Shown piece by piece: positions 11,980-26,479 of a DNA stretch of 64,000 bases (positions are counted from its first letter, which is position 1; every line of letters starts with the position of its first letter). The notes beneath the pieces were generated by a model. That model ran no database searches. It saw only the letters and a program-made list of their open reading frames with translations, and was not told where the DNA came from. Location: positions 245,644,001-245,708,000 of the forward strand of contig NC_067403.1 in assembly GCF_016432865.1 (NCBI RefSeq), given 5' to 3'. The stretch comes from Antechinus flavipes. Its lineage: Eukaryota. A program made the translations under genes and the position numbers.

Positions 11980-12927
11980 ATGGAAGAAATGATCAAGTTG
12001 AATGAAACTACATGGAGCCAGGTGACTGAATTCATTCTCATGGGCATCACAAGTCGTTCTGAACTACAGGGCCCCCTATTTGTTGTGTTTTTCTTCAACT
12101 ACATGGCCACAGCTCTGGGGAATCTTGGTCTAATCATGTTAACCAGCATTGATTCCCATCTCCAAACTCCCATGTACTTTTTTCTCAGGCATCTAGCACT
12201 TGTTGATGTAGGTTATTCTACAGCTGTTGGTCCAAAAATGCTGATCAGTTTCATACTTGGGGAAAATACCATTTCCTTCATTGGATGTGCAGTGCAACTA
12301 TTTTTCTTTGGAATATTTATTGCCTGTGAACTTTTTATCTTGTCAGCCATGGCCTATGACCGCTATGTTGCTATCTGTAAGCCCCTCCTCTATATGGTCA
12401 TCATGTCAGAAAAGGTTTGTTGGATCTTGGTAGTTATTCCATACCTCTGCAGCACCATAGTATCACTATTGGTCACAATAAAACTTTTTAAATCATCCTT
12501 CTGTAAATCTAATATATTAAGACATTTCTATTGTGACAGTCTTGTTTTACTGTCCATTATATGTTCAGATACAAGTGAAATTGAATTAATCATCATGATC
12601 TTTGCTGCATTTAGTTTGGTTTCATCCCTCGTTATTATCCTTATCTCTTACATCTTCATTATTGTGGCTATTCTTAGCATGAAATCTTCTGAGGGCAGAT
12701 ACAAAACATTTTCTACCTGTGGTTCTCACCTCACAGGGGTGGTTGTATTCTATGGGACACTTGTTTTCATGTACCTGCAACCCCATTCTAGCCACTCTTT
12801 TGATATAGACAAGATGGCTTCTGTGTTTTATACCCTGGTCATTCCCATGCTCAATCCACTGATCTACAGTTTGAGGAACAAAGAGGTGAAGGGTGCATTG
12901 AAAAGAGTTTTGCAAAAAATGATGTAA
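11980..12927 (+). CDS. Olfactory receptor, OR8K subfamily (intact)
   Basis: Full motif set: N-glycan [57 protein letters not shown]. Acceptor ttcttctcag at 11965. Confidence 0.97.
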   Translation: MEEMIKLNETTWSQVTEFILMGITSRSELQGPLFVVFFFNYMATALGNLGLIMLTSIDSHLQTPMYFFLRHLALVDVGYSTAVGPKMLISFILGENTISFIGCAVQLFFFGIFIACELFILSAMAYDRYVAICKPLLYMVIMSEKVCWILVVIPYLCSTIVSLLVTIKLFKSSFCKSNILRHFYCDSLVLLSIICSDTSEIELIIMIFAAFSLVSSLVIILISYIFIIVAILSMKSSEGRYKTFSTCGSHLTGVVVFYGTLVFMYLQPHSSHSFDIDKMASVFYTLVIPMLNPLIYSLRNKEVKGALKRVLQKMM

Positions 12928-14639
12928 TCATTCTTTTTAATATCTAAATTAGAGTTTGATTCCACTGAATTATTAGAAGCCAGTAAATTTCTGCTTGATT
13001 TCTTAATTAATTTCTTCCCAATTCTCCTAAATCTTTTCTTAAAATAAAAATGTCTCTTCCAATATACAATCAGAATGATTTTTTTCTTGTTAGTTTGCTT
13101 TCAGTTGTAACTTCAGATACTTTTTAGTTTTGTGCATCTTTGGCTTGATTGGACCTAAAAAATACTAAAAATAAATTCTATATTTTACTTAACCCTAAAT
13201 TAAAAAATTAATAAAATTAAGGAAAATGTAATTTTAAAGCATTTACTTCACTTAAGTCACTGAGATAATACAGCACAAATAGAAGTAGAAATCAATCAAA
13301 GCACTAAAGGACCTGACACCTTAACAAATAGAAAAAATGCATAGTGTTTCTGCTGTAAGTCAAATGAAAAGAGCTCCTTAAGAGACATCAACATAGGATA
13401 ATACAATTTCAATATCATTTTGTCTCCTTCTTATGTTGAACCATATTTTCAAGAAAATTTATAGTTGATTCCTTTCATTTTTGTGCCAGTATTTGTGACT
13501 AGAAAACATACGAAAGATAATGCATGTTATGTTCCTTTGTATAAAGAAAAAAATCATTTTTAATTTTTGGAATAAAGCAAGCATTTCCACAACTTAATAA
13601 AATAAAATAAAAAGATGATTGTGTATGAAACTGCAAATCTACTATGAATAACTTACTATTCCTTTCAAATATACAACAGAATTATAATGTAATCCCCCCC
13701 CCATTTTTCTGCCCTCTACATACCCTAGAGATGACTATCACTAAACACAAATAAATACAAAAAATTGTACTCAAAATTGGAGGGGAATTGAATGAACAAC
13801 AATACAAAAAATAGGGATATGTGTGTATTGTATGTATGTGTATGTATGTGTCTTGAGGACTACACTAAGTGTGGGAACCCAGAAAGCCTGTAAAAAGCTC
13901 AGAGATGACATAGCATTTAGGGTGGGTCAGTTCTCCAGCCCTACCACAGCTATGAATCATACCACATTAGAGAATTTAAAGGAGTGATTTATTATTATTA
14001 TCTTTATCTGATAGCCCCAAGTAAAAACAGACATAATCCAAAAAAAAATTAGAAATATCTGTCTGAAAGTCATAAAACAAAATTAATGATGCAGATGTTG
14101 CTTAAGAAAAAAATGTATACTTTTCTTTAAAAAATAATAATCTTGCTGTACTTAGAAAATATATATTCTAGTAAAGATGAAATAATTCAGAGCTAAAGAT
14201 AGAGGTAAAAGAATGCAATTGCTTCTCAGTCTCCTTGTATCATTATCATCCTCTCACATAATACGATCTATTCTACTACTCAGAATTAAACTCCAGGAGT
14301 CACTAGCAAATGGCTTCCATGACATGTGTGTATATAATGTGTGTATATATTTGATGTGACTTTAATCTCAAGAATACTATTTGAAGGAAGAAAATAATGT
14401 GAGTGTAATCTCAGGGATACTGTATTTATTGTCTTAAGTGTATACTCTTTAACTCCAAGATGTCTGTTTAGGAATACTGTATTAATTTATAATCATACTA
14501 ACTTCAAAATATTGTGATAGTCTATAATAATAATGATGCCCTGCAAGGAAGATGCCTAAACCTAATCCCCTAAATAATAGCTTCAGGAATCAGGCTTGAA
14601 GTAGAGCTGAATGTCTCTGTGCTAAATTAGAATATGAAG

Positions 14640-15430
14640 TAAAAATAGGAAGAACATATGAATAAATGAAAGCTTGAAAAATCATTGTTCATATAGCAAG
14701 TCATGTTCTATATTGATGAAGGGCCCAAGTTATTATTTAAAATGTTGAAACTGAAGCATAAGAGAGGATCAATTATCCTGACTATAGATGTTGTAACAGC
14801 TTCAATACTATGTAGCATGCCCTTATTGAAGAGGTAGTTCAAAATTATTATCATGATATGCCACAAAGAGAAAAATGGAAAATATGAATAATGCAGTAAC
14901 AAATATGAAATTCACCTGAGGTCCTGAGCATAAGTACTATCAGAAAGAAGCCAAGAGATATAGAAAATTTTTTTCAAACTCTAAGAGGCCAATAAAATAA
15001 AGAGGTACCTCACACAGATGGCAATGAGTCCTTTCTGCCCAGTGTCTAACCATACCAAGATGGAATCATGTGCATAATTCACACACAAGTCTATGAGGAA
15101 AACAAAATTTTAAACAAAAAGAAATCAAGGATAAGATTATAGTTGTATGTGTGAAGCAAAGAACTCATAATCTAAAATCAAAGTTCAATGAGAAATGCAT
15201 ACTTGAACAAATTAATACCTTCAGAATATCCTTGTGATAATAAAGACAAACCTTTATATACAACAATTAACTGAATCTTAATCAAATATAAAATGTAATA
15301 GAGGTTTATGTAGTAAAGAAGATTTCTAGTCGAAGGTCCTTATTTGCTTGCCAAGGGAATATAAGTGAGATCCTGAAGTTAGGTTTGTTTTAAAGAAATA
15401 TGACATATTAGAGTAATTAAACCCAAGTAG
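14640..15430 (-). pseudogene. Heavily decayed OR-like pseudogene (copy C)
   Basis: Collinear nucleotide homology to 7445-8292. ORF 14708-14902 is in the same frame as ORF 7503-7868 (WHI..IIL...IVRII.PLL...ILN.NL.PSS). Confidence 0.55.
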
Positions 15431-15716
15431 ATTAAACACAGGTACAATTGTTAGAATGGATAAAATTCATCAGTGACTATATTTGTATGTAGGATTAGGT
15501 ATAGAACTGGAATATAAGCAATGTGAATTGGGAAGAAAAGGGAAAGTAGCATGTGACTGGTTCCTAATTGTTTCAGTGAGTCAAAGGCATCATATTGCTG
15601 ATTCAATAATATAAAGTAGATCACTAAAAAATTCAACATAGGAAAGAATCTTGAAGAATTGAATTTGATAGTTCCTATTCAAACAAATTAATAATAACAA
15701 TTATTTGATGAAGAGC

Positions 15717-16210
15717 TGTTGGGATTCTTACTAAGTCAGTTATCTAATATAGCATGGTACTTAACAATTCTCTAGTTCACTAATGTACTTAGTAATTATT
15801 AGAGTTCTACAAGATTAACACCTTTAAGAAAGCATATATAAGCTATGAGTCTCAACCCGGATTCAGTTTGGGACATTCAGAAGTCAGAAAGGGGAAGTCC
15901 ACTCTTGGAGGAGGGGACAGATTCATTCCATTTATCACCTTTGTGCTGGCTAGAGACATTCGAAGGGGGCTAGAGGCTGAAGCTGGTGGAGGCAAAAGAC
16001 TAGCAAAACCAAGGAGAGAGATAGGCCTCTAAGAAAGCTAACTGGGCCCAAGGAAGGAGATAATACTGGAAAGAGAAAATAAAAGATTTGGATTTTAATC
16101 TCTGTATGTATTTGGGGTGATTATACTGAACTGGAACTAAGGCTGCTCCCAGAAACCCCCAAGAAACCTGCTCCCAGAGAACCTTATAATTTAGAGAAGA
16201 GAATATTACA
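15717..16210 (+). mobile_element. LTR (same family as 3414-4095) followed by a PBS stub
   Basis: TGTTGGGATTC...ATTACA, TATA-like catatataag, AATAAA at 16078, then AAT-TGGTGCTCGAA. Absent from the paralogous position in unit B (about 8590). Confidence 0.85.
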
Positions 16211-18581
16211 AATTGGTGCTCGAATTTTTGGACAAAAAACTTCTGAGAATCCTGCAAAGTTGTTTAATAGAAATTAGTGGTAAATAAATATATCATATTG
16301 GGGAAGTCAGCGATACAGTATATAGAGTATTGGTCTTGGAAACAAAAGGATCTGAGTTCAAATCAAACCTTATATATTGGTCTCTTACTTTGGGTAAGTC
16401 ATTTATCTTCTGTTTCAGTTTCCTTACGTGAAAAATTGTGATAATTGCAGTGTTGTGTCCCAGCACTGTTGTGAAGATCAGTACAGAAGTTATTTTATAC
16501 CAGGGCTTAAACTTTGTCACCTTGTGATACCATTTAGCCAAAGAAATTTTCACATAATCCTGGGTCTATAGATATATAAAATAGGTACACAAATCAAACA
16601 TTTACTGATAATAAATCATGGTTTCATGATCTCCACATTCAGTTACATGATGCTGGATGGGATCATGACCTACAGTTTAATAAGCTTTGTTGTAGACCAC
16701 TGTGTGCTAGGCACACAGTGAACTCTATTTGACTCTTGGTCATTATAATAATAATGATGATGTCATAATCTGTAATAAGTGTAAAATATATTTATGACCT
16801 AAATATAAGACACCAACAAATAAGAGAAGAGAACAAGATACGATTTTTATTGTTATTGTCACTGTTTTTGCCATAGGTATGCTCACCAACTAAGCCATCA
16901 TTAAGTATTTATGAAGGAAGGACTCTGATCTACACTGTTGATGGACAGTAGGCATAGGAAGGCAGGAATGCACAAATGAATGAATGCACAAATGAATGAA
17001 TGAAGTCCATATATGCCTGAGCCAGAACTTTATTCTATATTTTATGATTCAAAGGCCAGCTTTAGTCTATCATTAATCTATGATGCAGAACTCATTGCAC
17101 GTAGGAGACAAATAACAGGCAAAAAAAGAGAAGGCTTTTTCTCCAAAGATAATACAAATTCCTTATTAAACAGCAATGGAAACACTGGATATATCCAATA
17201 AGTCGGTGTGGATGATGATGATATTACTACTTTAATGTTATATAAATTTTTAAAAATTGCATTAGTCATTAATACATGTCTTTCATGTGTAATATTTTGC
17301 AGACTCACTGAAAAAGAAATAGAACATGAGTTCAGTTCTAGGTTTTAGGAATATGCCATAAGACCTGTAGAAGAGGGAGTTTTTGTAAAATGACCTTTTT
17401 GGAAAAAACTTGGGAGTCATCAAAAAAAATTAGTTATTCATCAAATGCCAATTTTATATCAATCTCTGTTGTAACCAAGTTACATATAATATTTCTTTGA
17501 TCTTCATAATAACCTTACCATGAAGTGTTATGGTCTCCACTTTAAAATTTATGAACTTGATCCAGACAGATTAAGTGATTTGCCCAGGATTTGAGGTCAC
17601 ATTTGACCCCAGGTTTTCTGATTCCAAACCCAAGGATAGATTTACTCTACCAATTAGGTTCCTGATATCAATCCCATTTAATTTACATAAAGATTCAGGC
17701 ACATAGGTACTATTTTCATTTGTATTTTAAAAGAAAGAAAAAGAGGCAGAAAAACAATTTCTTTTTTTTTTTTAAATAGAAGCACAGATATGGATTTCAT
17801 TTGATTTTCCAGAATAGTGCTTATGGAAAGAAACTAGCCTGTCTGTTTTACTCATAACAAGACAACAGCATCCATCAGATTTATTACAATTATCAATCTA
17901 TTACCACACAAAAGAATTAAACAATGACCAACCAAATGACACATGAGAAACATCTTGAGAACATAAGAAATGAACTTAATTACAGAAATACTATAAGAGG
18001 CAATGAACAAAATACCTATAAACATGTTGTATAAAGTTATTTTGTCATATATATTTGGATTTGGTTTGATAATTATCATTTGGGTCTAATGTAGAAGAAG
18101 TAGTTGTTACAATTTTCAAGTTTCTCAAAATGGAAGTCATTATTTTATTTTTTAAAATTATTCCCATTTGTACACATGGACACATTGTACACATAGATAA
18201 CTGTGATGTGATAAGTCTGGAACTTGGAATTCTCTTGTTGGCATCTGAACAGCCTAGATAGAATCAATTCTTCTCCTCAGTGGTGGTATGGATGTTAAGT
18301 GCTGTGGCTTCCTTTCTTTGAGGAAGTTTTAGAGTCTTTCTACAACCATAGCTGCTAAAGGCAATTTCTTCAGTGCTTTCTTTTTTTTTTTTTCCTCTCC
18401 AGCATGCCTTCTTTTCTATGTTCTAGTCCTTATTAACCCAATAGGCAGAATATGGCACATGGTTTGTTCACAGAAAACAATCTGAAAATATCCAAAAGTA
18501 TACAGGACATTGGATCAAAGATGAGGCCATAGACCATCCTTCAAAAGCAATGTTACTAATTTGCTTAAGATTCAGCTCCAA

Positions 18582-18720
18582 GGGGTAGGTAGGTGCTATA
18601 CTAGACAAAATATTGGCCCTAGAGTCAGGAGGATCCAGTTCAAATCCAACTTAAAACATTTCCTCTCTTGGAGACCCAGGGCAAATCTCTTAACCTAGAT
18701 TGCTTAAAAACAAGGAAAAA
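18582..18720 (+). mobile_element. tRNA-derived CORE-SINE (WSINE/MAR-type)
   Basis: ggggtaggtaggtg...ctagagtcaggaggatccagttcaaatcc...cagggcaaatctcttaacc, A-rich tail. Confidence 0.65.
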
Positions 18721-19457
18721 CAACTGAAAGGTCCAGGGGATGGGGGTGGGGAACATTTTGATTTAGCAAATATAAAGGCCTAGTTTCTTGCAATGGATCA
18801 CACAACTACTCCAGGTAGGTGGATTTAAAAAATTATGATGAGCTGCTAAGTGCCCTCTCTATCACACTACTTACCTCTTCATCCTTTCCCTGGGTGCAAA
18901 TCTTGCCTAAGACATTTTGTGGCTTTGCAGAAGTCACTTAAAGTTATTTTGTTCAATTTATCTTCTATGTAATGACCAGGAGAAGGAAATGGCAAATGAT
19001 GCCAGTTTCTCTGCAAAGAAAACCCCGAATGGAATCACAAAGAGTACATGAAGACAGGAAAAAAAACTGAACAAAATATTTTCAAGGCAATCTAGCTTGT
19101 TCATATCACTCTGATTATTTCTGGGAACAACTGAGGATAATGTATCATCTTACTCAAACAGGTTTCCAAAAGACAGATTCTTCATTTTGCACATTTAATT
19201 TCAAGCCATCTTCTAGGCACTGGATTATTTTAATTGTCCAGGCCTTTGTTTTGTGAATGGAAAAAAAAATAATAATAAATTGTTTTATTGGCTACAGACC
19301 TCTCCCAGAGAACTCTGCAATGTCCTCAAGCTTGATTCAGCCAGCATAATATCATCCTTAGTAAGAAACCTAACAATAGTTGAAATATAATAAATATTTT
19401 GTGGAATTTTTACATAAACTTATGCATATTGCTTATTGTAGACACCCAAACCTCACA

Positions 19458-19560
19458 ATTCAACTGGGATTATAATTATGAAATTCATAAACATTCTCTG
19501 GTACTTCTGGGACATGGCCTCATTGGGACAGAGAAATGCATAAATTCTCCCTCAAGCAAC
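19458..19560 (+). promoter_or_regulatory. Putative OR promoter block for the OR at 20669
   Basis: tcaactggga, TAATTA, cttctggga, cctcattggga; homologous to 10697-10800. Donors at 19609/19617. Confidence 0.55.
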
Positions 19561-20668
19561 TGGCAGTAGTGAAAACATGAGCAAGTCACAGAAGATTTTA
19601 CCTTCCAGGTGAGCAGGTAATATTATTCTTTGTTTATGATTTAAGTACAGTAAGTATCAAAACATCTGATGCATGCAAGTAATTCAGTTCCAAAATTCTA
19701 TCAGTATGTCCACTGTGAAGGTTAATGAGGAAATTTAGCAACATGTATTCACTCAAACTTCTTGAAATGATTTTAGAAAAACTAACAGATGGTAACACCT
19801 AGTTCTAAACAATTTTCAAAAATGGTTTCCCCCCTCCCACCAGAGATATTAAATAGCTTTTGCCAAACAATGTGAATCACTAATAATATATGAGATCCTA
19901 AGAGTCCTTAAAAACTAGGCTGTGCAACTAGATAGCATGTGAAGCGCAAAAGTTTGAAAAATTCACTGATGTGAATTCTCTGAAGGAGGACATTAAAACA
20001 CCCAAATCAAAAACTAGGTACTGCAGGCAGCAAAATCTTCTATCTTGACAAAAGAGAGATGATGCAATAGTTTGGATATACATGTTGTCTTCCTAAGTAC
20101 TGCACCTTTAACCTCAATGCTTAAGATCACACTTATGAAGGAAATTTCATTTTTCAAAATTGGTCATCATTTTTTTTCATATAACATATAATTACAGAGA
20201 ATAATCTAGATTAACAGAAGGTTACAAGACTGGCACAAGTTCACATGTAAATGTACTGGATATAGTTCTTAATGCCTTTTTGTCTTCAAAGCTTCTCAAT
20301 CCCTGCTGTACTACAGTGCTATCCTTAGAGATTCTTATATATTGTACTGTCGTCTTTATGTTCCTTCTATAGGCTAATTAGTTAAAATATTTTCAAAGTG
20401 ATTATTAATATTATTATCTCTTATTTTCACTTTGAAGAACTTTACAATAAACTCATAATTTTATGATAATCTACAATCTCTTTTCTCTTGGGGAGAAAAT
20501 GTTGATGGATTCTGACATAAGGATATAAATGAATTGTAATTTAATTGGAAAGTTCTTGTTTATCTTATCTAAGATATTTCTGTTCACTGACTGCCTGATT
20601 ATACAAGGTCTGTATTCATAGAAGGCTTCTTCCTTTTGTTTTCAGATTATGTTTTTTAGGCAGAAGAA

Positions 20669-21601
20669 ATGATCCAGTTGAATGACACCACTGGGAGCCA
20701 GGTGACTGAATTCATTCTTATGGGCATCACAAACAGTCCTGAGCTTCAGGGCCCTCTTTTTGTTATATTTTTCCTCAATTATATGACCACAGTTGTGGGG
20801 AACCTGGGATTGATCATCTTAACCAGTGTTGATTCCCACCTACAAACCCCAATGTATTTTTTTCTTAGGCATCTAGCATTTGTTGATATTGGTTATTCCA
20901 CAGCTGTTGGTCCCAAAACACTGATGAGTTTCATTGTTGAGAAAAACACTATTTCCTTCCATGGTTGTGCAGCACAGCTACTTTTCTTTGGAACGTTTGT
21001 TGCCAGTGAACTTTTCATCCTATCGGCCATGGCCTATGACCGCTATGTGGCTATCTGTAAGCCCCTCCTCTACATGGTTATCATGTCAAACAGGGTGTGT
21101 TGGATCTTGGTTGCAATATCTTACATCTATAGCATTACTGTATGCCTATTGGCCACAATTAAAATTTTTCATTTGTCCTTCTGTAAATCAAATATATTAA
21201 GACATTTCTTCTGTGACTCTCTTCCTTTATTATCCATTATATGTTCAAACACAAATGAGATTGAATTAATCATTTTGATCCTTTCTGCAATAAATTTGGT
21301 TTCTTCCCTCTTGATTATCCTTACCTCCTACATGTTCATCATTGTAGCCATTCTGAGGATAAACTCTTCAGAAGGCAGACATAAAGCCTTCTCCACCTGT
21401 GGGTCTCATCTCACAGGAGTTGCTATTTTCTATGGCACACTTCTATTCATGTACCTGCAGCCCCATTCTAGCCATTCCTTTGATACAGATAAGATGGCCT
21501 CTGTGTTTTACACCCTGGTCATTCCAATGCTGAATCCACTGATCTATAGTTTTAGGAACAAAGAAGTAAAAGATGCATTGAAAAGAGTTTTTAAGAAGTG
21601 A
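20669..21601 (+). CDS. Olfactory receptor, OR8K subfamily (intact, 310 aa)
   Basis: [55 protein letters not shown]. Confidence 0.97.
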   Translation: MIQLNDTTGSQVTEFILMGITNSPELQGPLFVIFFLNYMTTVVGNLGLIILTSVDSHLQTPMYFFLRHLAFVDIGYSTAVGPKTLMSFIVEKNTISFHGCAAQLLFFGTFVASELFILSAMAYDRYVAICKPLLYMVIMSNRVCWILVAISYIYSITVCLLATIKIFHLSFCKSNILRHFFCDSLPLLSIICSNTNEIELIILILSAINLVSSLLIILTSYMFIIVAILRINSSEGRHKAFSTCGSHLTGVAIFYGTLLFMYLQPHSSHSFDTDKMASVFYTLVIPMLNPLIYSFRNKEVKDALKRVFKK

Positions 21602-22270
21602 TATAAACATTCTCTTTAACATTCAATCAGATACTTCTGATTCCATTTTGTTATCAAAAGCAATTAGAAATTCTCCTCAATTTCTTTTTCTTCTCTATTT
21701 TTAAAATAATTTTTTTTCTCCTAATATGCAATTAGAGAATTATTTTGTTTATTTTTGTCAACTTCCAATAAATTATAGTTTTGTGGATCTATCTTCTAGG
21801 GAGGTAGGTAGCTAAAAGAAGACAGGAAATACTACCTCTATATAATTCTATATTTCACTTACCCCCAAACTAAGCATCACACTTTTGGCTAAAGTTTTCT
21901 TGACATAATCAATACATTGAAAAGCATTTAGAAAATTCTGGTGCCAGGTGTTGGGCATTGTGCAGATAGAAATAAAGTACTTTTCGTCATCAAGGCATGT
22001 AAATTTTACTAATTTTAAATTTTACCTGTTACAGTAGCTGAACTTTCAAATTTCTCTAATTGTTAAGAAGTTTATTCTAACTATTATTACAATTTCTTTT
22101 CACCAACTGGTATCCATTGTCTCTGATCTTTTCCTTCATAAGCAACCAAAACAAGTCTATTCCTACATCTGTGTGACAATTATTCCAATACAAACTTATA
22201 TCACTTCTGTTACCTTCAGACCCATTTCTTCCATTCTTGTCCAGGAATAGAAAGAAAAATGTGTTATGGA

Positions 22271-22342
22271 GAGTGTCCCAAATTTTTCAGTGAATTTTTA
22301 ATTTTGTAAAACTTAAAATGAATTAGGACTTTTGGGACACTC
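22271..22342. mobile_element. Palindromic Tc1/mariner-type MITE
   Basis: Perfect 12-bp inverted repeat GAGTGTCCCAAA (22271-22282) / TTTGGGACACTC (22331-22342). Confidence 0.65.
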
Positions 22343-22809
22343 CACTCTGAGAAGATCTGGAATCAATTCCAGGTCTGTTACCTGTGTCCTGTGACATTCT
22401 GGTCAGTAAATTCATTTTCTCTGGTTATCTCATACTTAAATTTCAGTCTATTTCATTTAAAAAAATCTATGATGTTAAGAGGCTATTCTTTATGGTAACA
22501 AAATAGTGTCTTCTAACCAGTCCTCAGAAAGTACATGTTTCTGTATCTTCATAATTCAGGTTTACTCCCTCTGTTCTCATTGTGGCTTGTCAATGTTTAT
22601 TCTGAGCATTATGATGAAAATTTAGTGAAATGTTCCATCTATGATCTAGACAATGCAGAATATAACCAGACTCTTACATCCTGTACTTGGATTCCATGAC
22701 TCTCTTAATGAAGTTTACATTAGCTTCCTTAGTTTGAATATATTAAATTCATATAAAAATTTTGTTATTGTTATTCATGTTATTTTTTTCTGCGTTATAT
22801 TCACTCTCC

Positions 22810-22955
22810 ATAGTTTATTCTAAAGATAAGGAAATTGAGGCAAACAGGTTTAAGTGACTTGCTCAGAGTCATATAACTCTTAAGTGTCTGAGACCAGATT
22901 TGAATTCTGGAAGATATCTTTCTAACTCCAAGTCTGGGAATCTTATTATTTAAAG
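22810..22955 (-). mobile_element. MIR/CORE-SINE
   Basis: gataaggaaattgaggcaaacagg..aagtgacttgctcagagtca..aagtgtctgagaccagatttgaa. Confidence 0.7.
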
Positions 22956-22959
22956 TGTT

Positions 22960-23230
22960 GGATCTGGAAAATGGGAGAGGTCGGATGATATAGCAACCAA
23001 GATATTGTGCTAGCAAGTCTTTCTTGATGTGGGTTGACTCAAGATCATTAAGATGATGTGTCATGTGAGAGAAATGGAAAAATGTGAATGGTATAGTAAT
23101 TAAATATGAGATTCATCTGAGATCCTAGGCAGAAGAAGGCCAAGACACAGAAAATTTTCTTCAGAACTTGAAAGGCCACTATCCGTCACGGGGATAAGAT
23201 ACATCACAGAGATGATAATGAATAATCTTT
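22960..23230 (-). pseudogene. Fragment of the decayed OR-like pseudogene (copy D)
   Basis: Homologous to about 7700-7920 (ctaggcagaagaaggcc...agaaaatt...gaaaggcca). Confidence 0.5.
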
Positions 23231-25104
23231 TCTCAAAATCTAACTGTATCAAAAGGATTATATATATAGTCTATGGCAAAACATAAAAAGGACCTAAAAA
23301 TTCTGGTCTTAATAGAGTCACGTGAAATCATCATTCTGGAGAAGGAAAGGTACTGTGGAATCAATAATATGGAAGGAATACTGTGATTGGATGTGCAATG
23401 TATTACAAAATAACTGCTAAAAATCATCTCTTTCCAAATATTGTGCTTTTTCTCCAAGAAAAATGCAGTGCTCGCAACTTAGAACTTGTGATTTCTCTTG
23501 GTCTTATTGAAATGGGATCATTTTATTACTATAATATTTGGAAACAAGAATTTTACATAATTATTCAGAAAATGCTCCAGACATACCTTTATTTTCACTG
23601 AAAAAAAGTAGCTGATAATTCTTTAATATAATCTATTCCCCTGTGTTCTTTAGATCTATAAATAAAAATAGTTTCAGAGACTACTACCTTGGGAAAGTAC
23701 TTGGGTAAGGTTTTGTTTTGTTTTGCTTGAATTCCTAAATGTTTCCTCTTGATAATAGTTCAGGCTGATGAAAACAACGTTGAATGCTTTCAGTATACAC
23801 ATTTTTGAGGTCTATGAAATTCAAGGGAGAAAATGTGAATCATAATTGAAATGAATACATTGAGTTCATAAACATTTCATTTAAGTTTTACCAAAGCCAT
23901 AGGATACTTTTTAAAATTCATATCTTATTACAGATATACACTAAAAGATTAAATAACTTACTGAGGTCATTTGGGATATAATTGTTGGAAGCAAGTTTTG
24001 AATGATGTCTTTTTTATTAGTAGTACAGTACTCTACACTTTATAGTTTACACTAGGCTATCTCTAAATTCAAAATCATCCTATTGTCAATATAATCACTG
24101 TCATTAACATCAATATCATCATCATTAATTTCACAATTATTAAAGGATTAATAACTAGATCTTGTGTATTTTATGAGGATAGATACAAAGAAATATCAGG
24201 CTAAGAGAATTATCACATTTAAGGTGTTATGGTAGTCCTTATGAAAATGCATAAGACAGGAATATCCTGCTGGAAAATTGGCAAATAGAAATCAAGTAAG
24301 GCAAATAGAAACAGAGTTTTCATGAATTTGGAAGACTGCATTAAGACAACTAGAGAATCATTTCAGAATTATGACATAAAAAGTATTTTGCCAAATGGGA
24401 AAACTAGTAACAAGAATAAATATTGAGACTCAAAAATCCATTTGAATGAAGAGTGAAAAAAATAGTGAATGAATGAAAGAAAAACTAATCATATTCTCTG
24501 TACCAAATATTGTGCTAAAACCTGGGAACACAAATAGTAAGTAAACAAAACACAAGTAGAATGTTTCAGTTATTGGAAACGCTTTATTTTAGTTAGGATA
24601 AAGCTGCAAAATGTATACTAATAGAATCATTTAATGTAATTTCCATATATAAAATCATAGCTTTTCTAATGTTGAACAATAGTGTTAATAACATTGGGAA
24701 TGGATAGACGTATTTCTGGATCAGGCTGTATGTGCAGAATTTGCAGAAAAATTGACCAGAGTATATTTCAACATGACTGACTTCTTAGAATGATGTATAT
24801 ACGCTCTAGATTAGAAATATGCCTATTTGTCTGAGATTACTAACACTCATATAATATTTGGGATCAACTGTTCATCAGTAGAAGATAGTTATTTGTGAGT
24901 GCTGGTGGTGTTGAGAATTGCTGACTTATTTTTAAGAATGATTGCTGCTCTCAATAATATCTTCAGGGATCAGGCTTGAAGGAGGTTGGATGTCTGTATA
25001 CAGATAAGAAACTAAAGTTCAAAATATTTCAAAGGACTCCATAACTCATATCATCTTCTTGAATTATTTTTATTATTTTTTGTATTAGTTATTTCAACCT
25101 TTTT

Positions 25105-25850
25105 CCTAAGCCTTTATTTTTTTATTATAATTTTTTATTTACACACATATGCATAGGTAAATTTTCAGCATTGACAGTTGCAAATCCTTTTGTTCCTCCT
25201 TCACCTCACCCCTTCCCCCAGTTGGCAGGTTGAGCAATACATGTTAAATATGTTAAAGTATAAGTTAAATACAATATATGTATACATGTCCAAACAGTTA
25301 TTTTGCTGTATAAAAAGAGTCAGACTTTTAAATAGTGTACAATTAGCCTGTGAAGGAAATAAAAAATGCAGGCAGACAAAAATAGAGGGATTGGGAATTC
25401 TATGTAATGGTTCATAGTCATCTCCCAGAGCTCTTTCCCTGGGTGTAGCTGGTTCAGTTCATTACTGCTCTATTGGAACTAATTTGGTTCATCTCATTAT
25501 TGAAGTGGTCCAAGTCAATCAGAATTGATCATTATATAGTATTGTTGTTGAAGTAAATAATGATCTTCTGGTCCTGCTCCTTTCACTCAGCCTCAGTTCA
25601 TGTAAGTCTCTCCAGGCCTTTCTGAAATCATCTTGCTGGTCATTTCTTACAAAATAATAATATTCCATAATATTCATATACCACAATTTATTCAGCCATT
25701 CTCCAATTGATGGACATCCACTCAGTTTCCAGTTTCTGGCCACTACAAAGAGGGCTGCCATGAACATTCTTGCACATACAGGTCCCTTTCCTTTTTAAAA
25801 ATCTCTTTGGGATATGAGCTCAGTAGTAACACTACTGGTTCAAAGGATAT
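25105..25850 (-). mobile_element. 5'-truncated L1 (ORF2 C-terminus plus 3'UTR)
   Basis: ORF 25519-25767 MFMAALFVVARNWKLSGCPSIGEW; T-rich tail near 25110. Confidence 0.9.
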
Positions 25851-26479
25851 ATTCTTGAATTTTCAAGACAACATTTATATCCCCTATCATCAGTCACTAT
25901 GGATCTGTTAGTGAGGAACTGGACTTAATATGCTTCCTTTTACTTCAACCATGCAATGAAATTGTGATCTCAGACATGATACCCTTACATAGACTGATGC
26001 TAGGGCATCAATAAAAGCATTTTACCATTTCTGGGACATGTACATGATTAGCCTTCTCCAATTTTATTTGCCTTGCTACACTCTTTATAATCTGCTACAT
26101 ATTGTAGGCATTACTATTACATCCATGTTCTGGGGATCCTATGTACAATATATTATTTCTGCCTATTCATATTCAGTGATTTTGATGAAAAAAATGAAAT
26201 AATGTAATTCTAGGTTGAATGGAAAGGTGAAAGTGTGTATAGGGCAAGGAATGACATCTTAATATGGTGGGGCTTAACAGTTGAACAATGAAGACAATGT
26301 CTTCCAAACCTGTTCCGTTTTTTTTTTTCCAGTGGTAGGAAAGTTATATGAGAATAATAATAGTTGACAATTTAATGATTCTCTAGTAATATTAGTAGTG
26401 CTTATAACACTGCTTCAAGGTACATTACCAAGGCTCCTTATAAAGTATATTTCAACTTGTCAAACTCTCACAGAGTAAA

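Noticed and set aside
12622-12915. 97-aa antisense ORF in the OR CDS (also the 20934-21200 alternative frame)
   Set aside because: Shadow or off-frame ORFs of real OR coding sequence.
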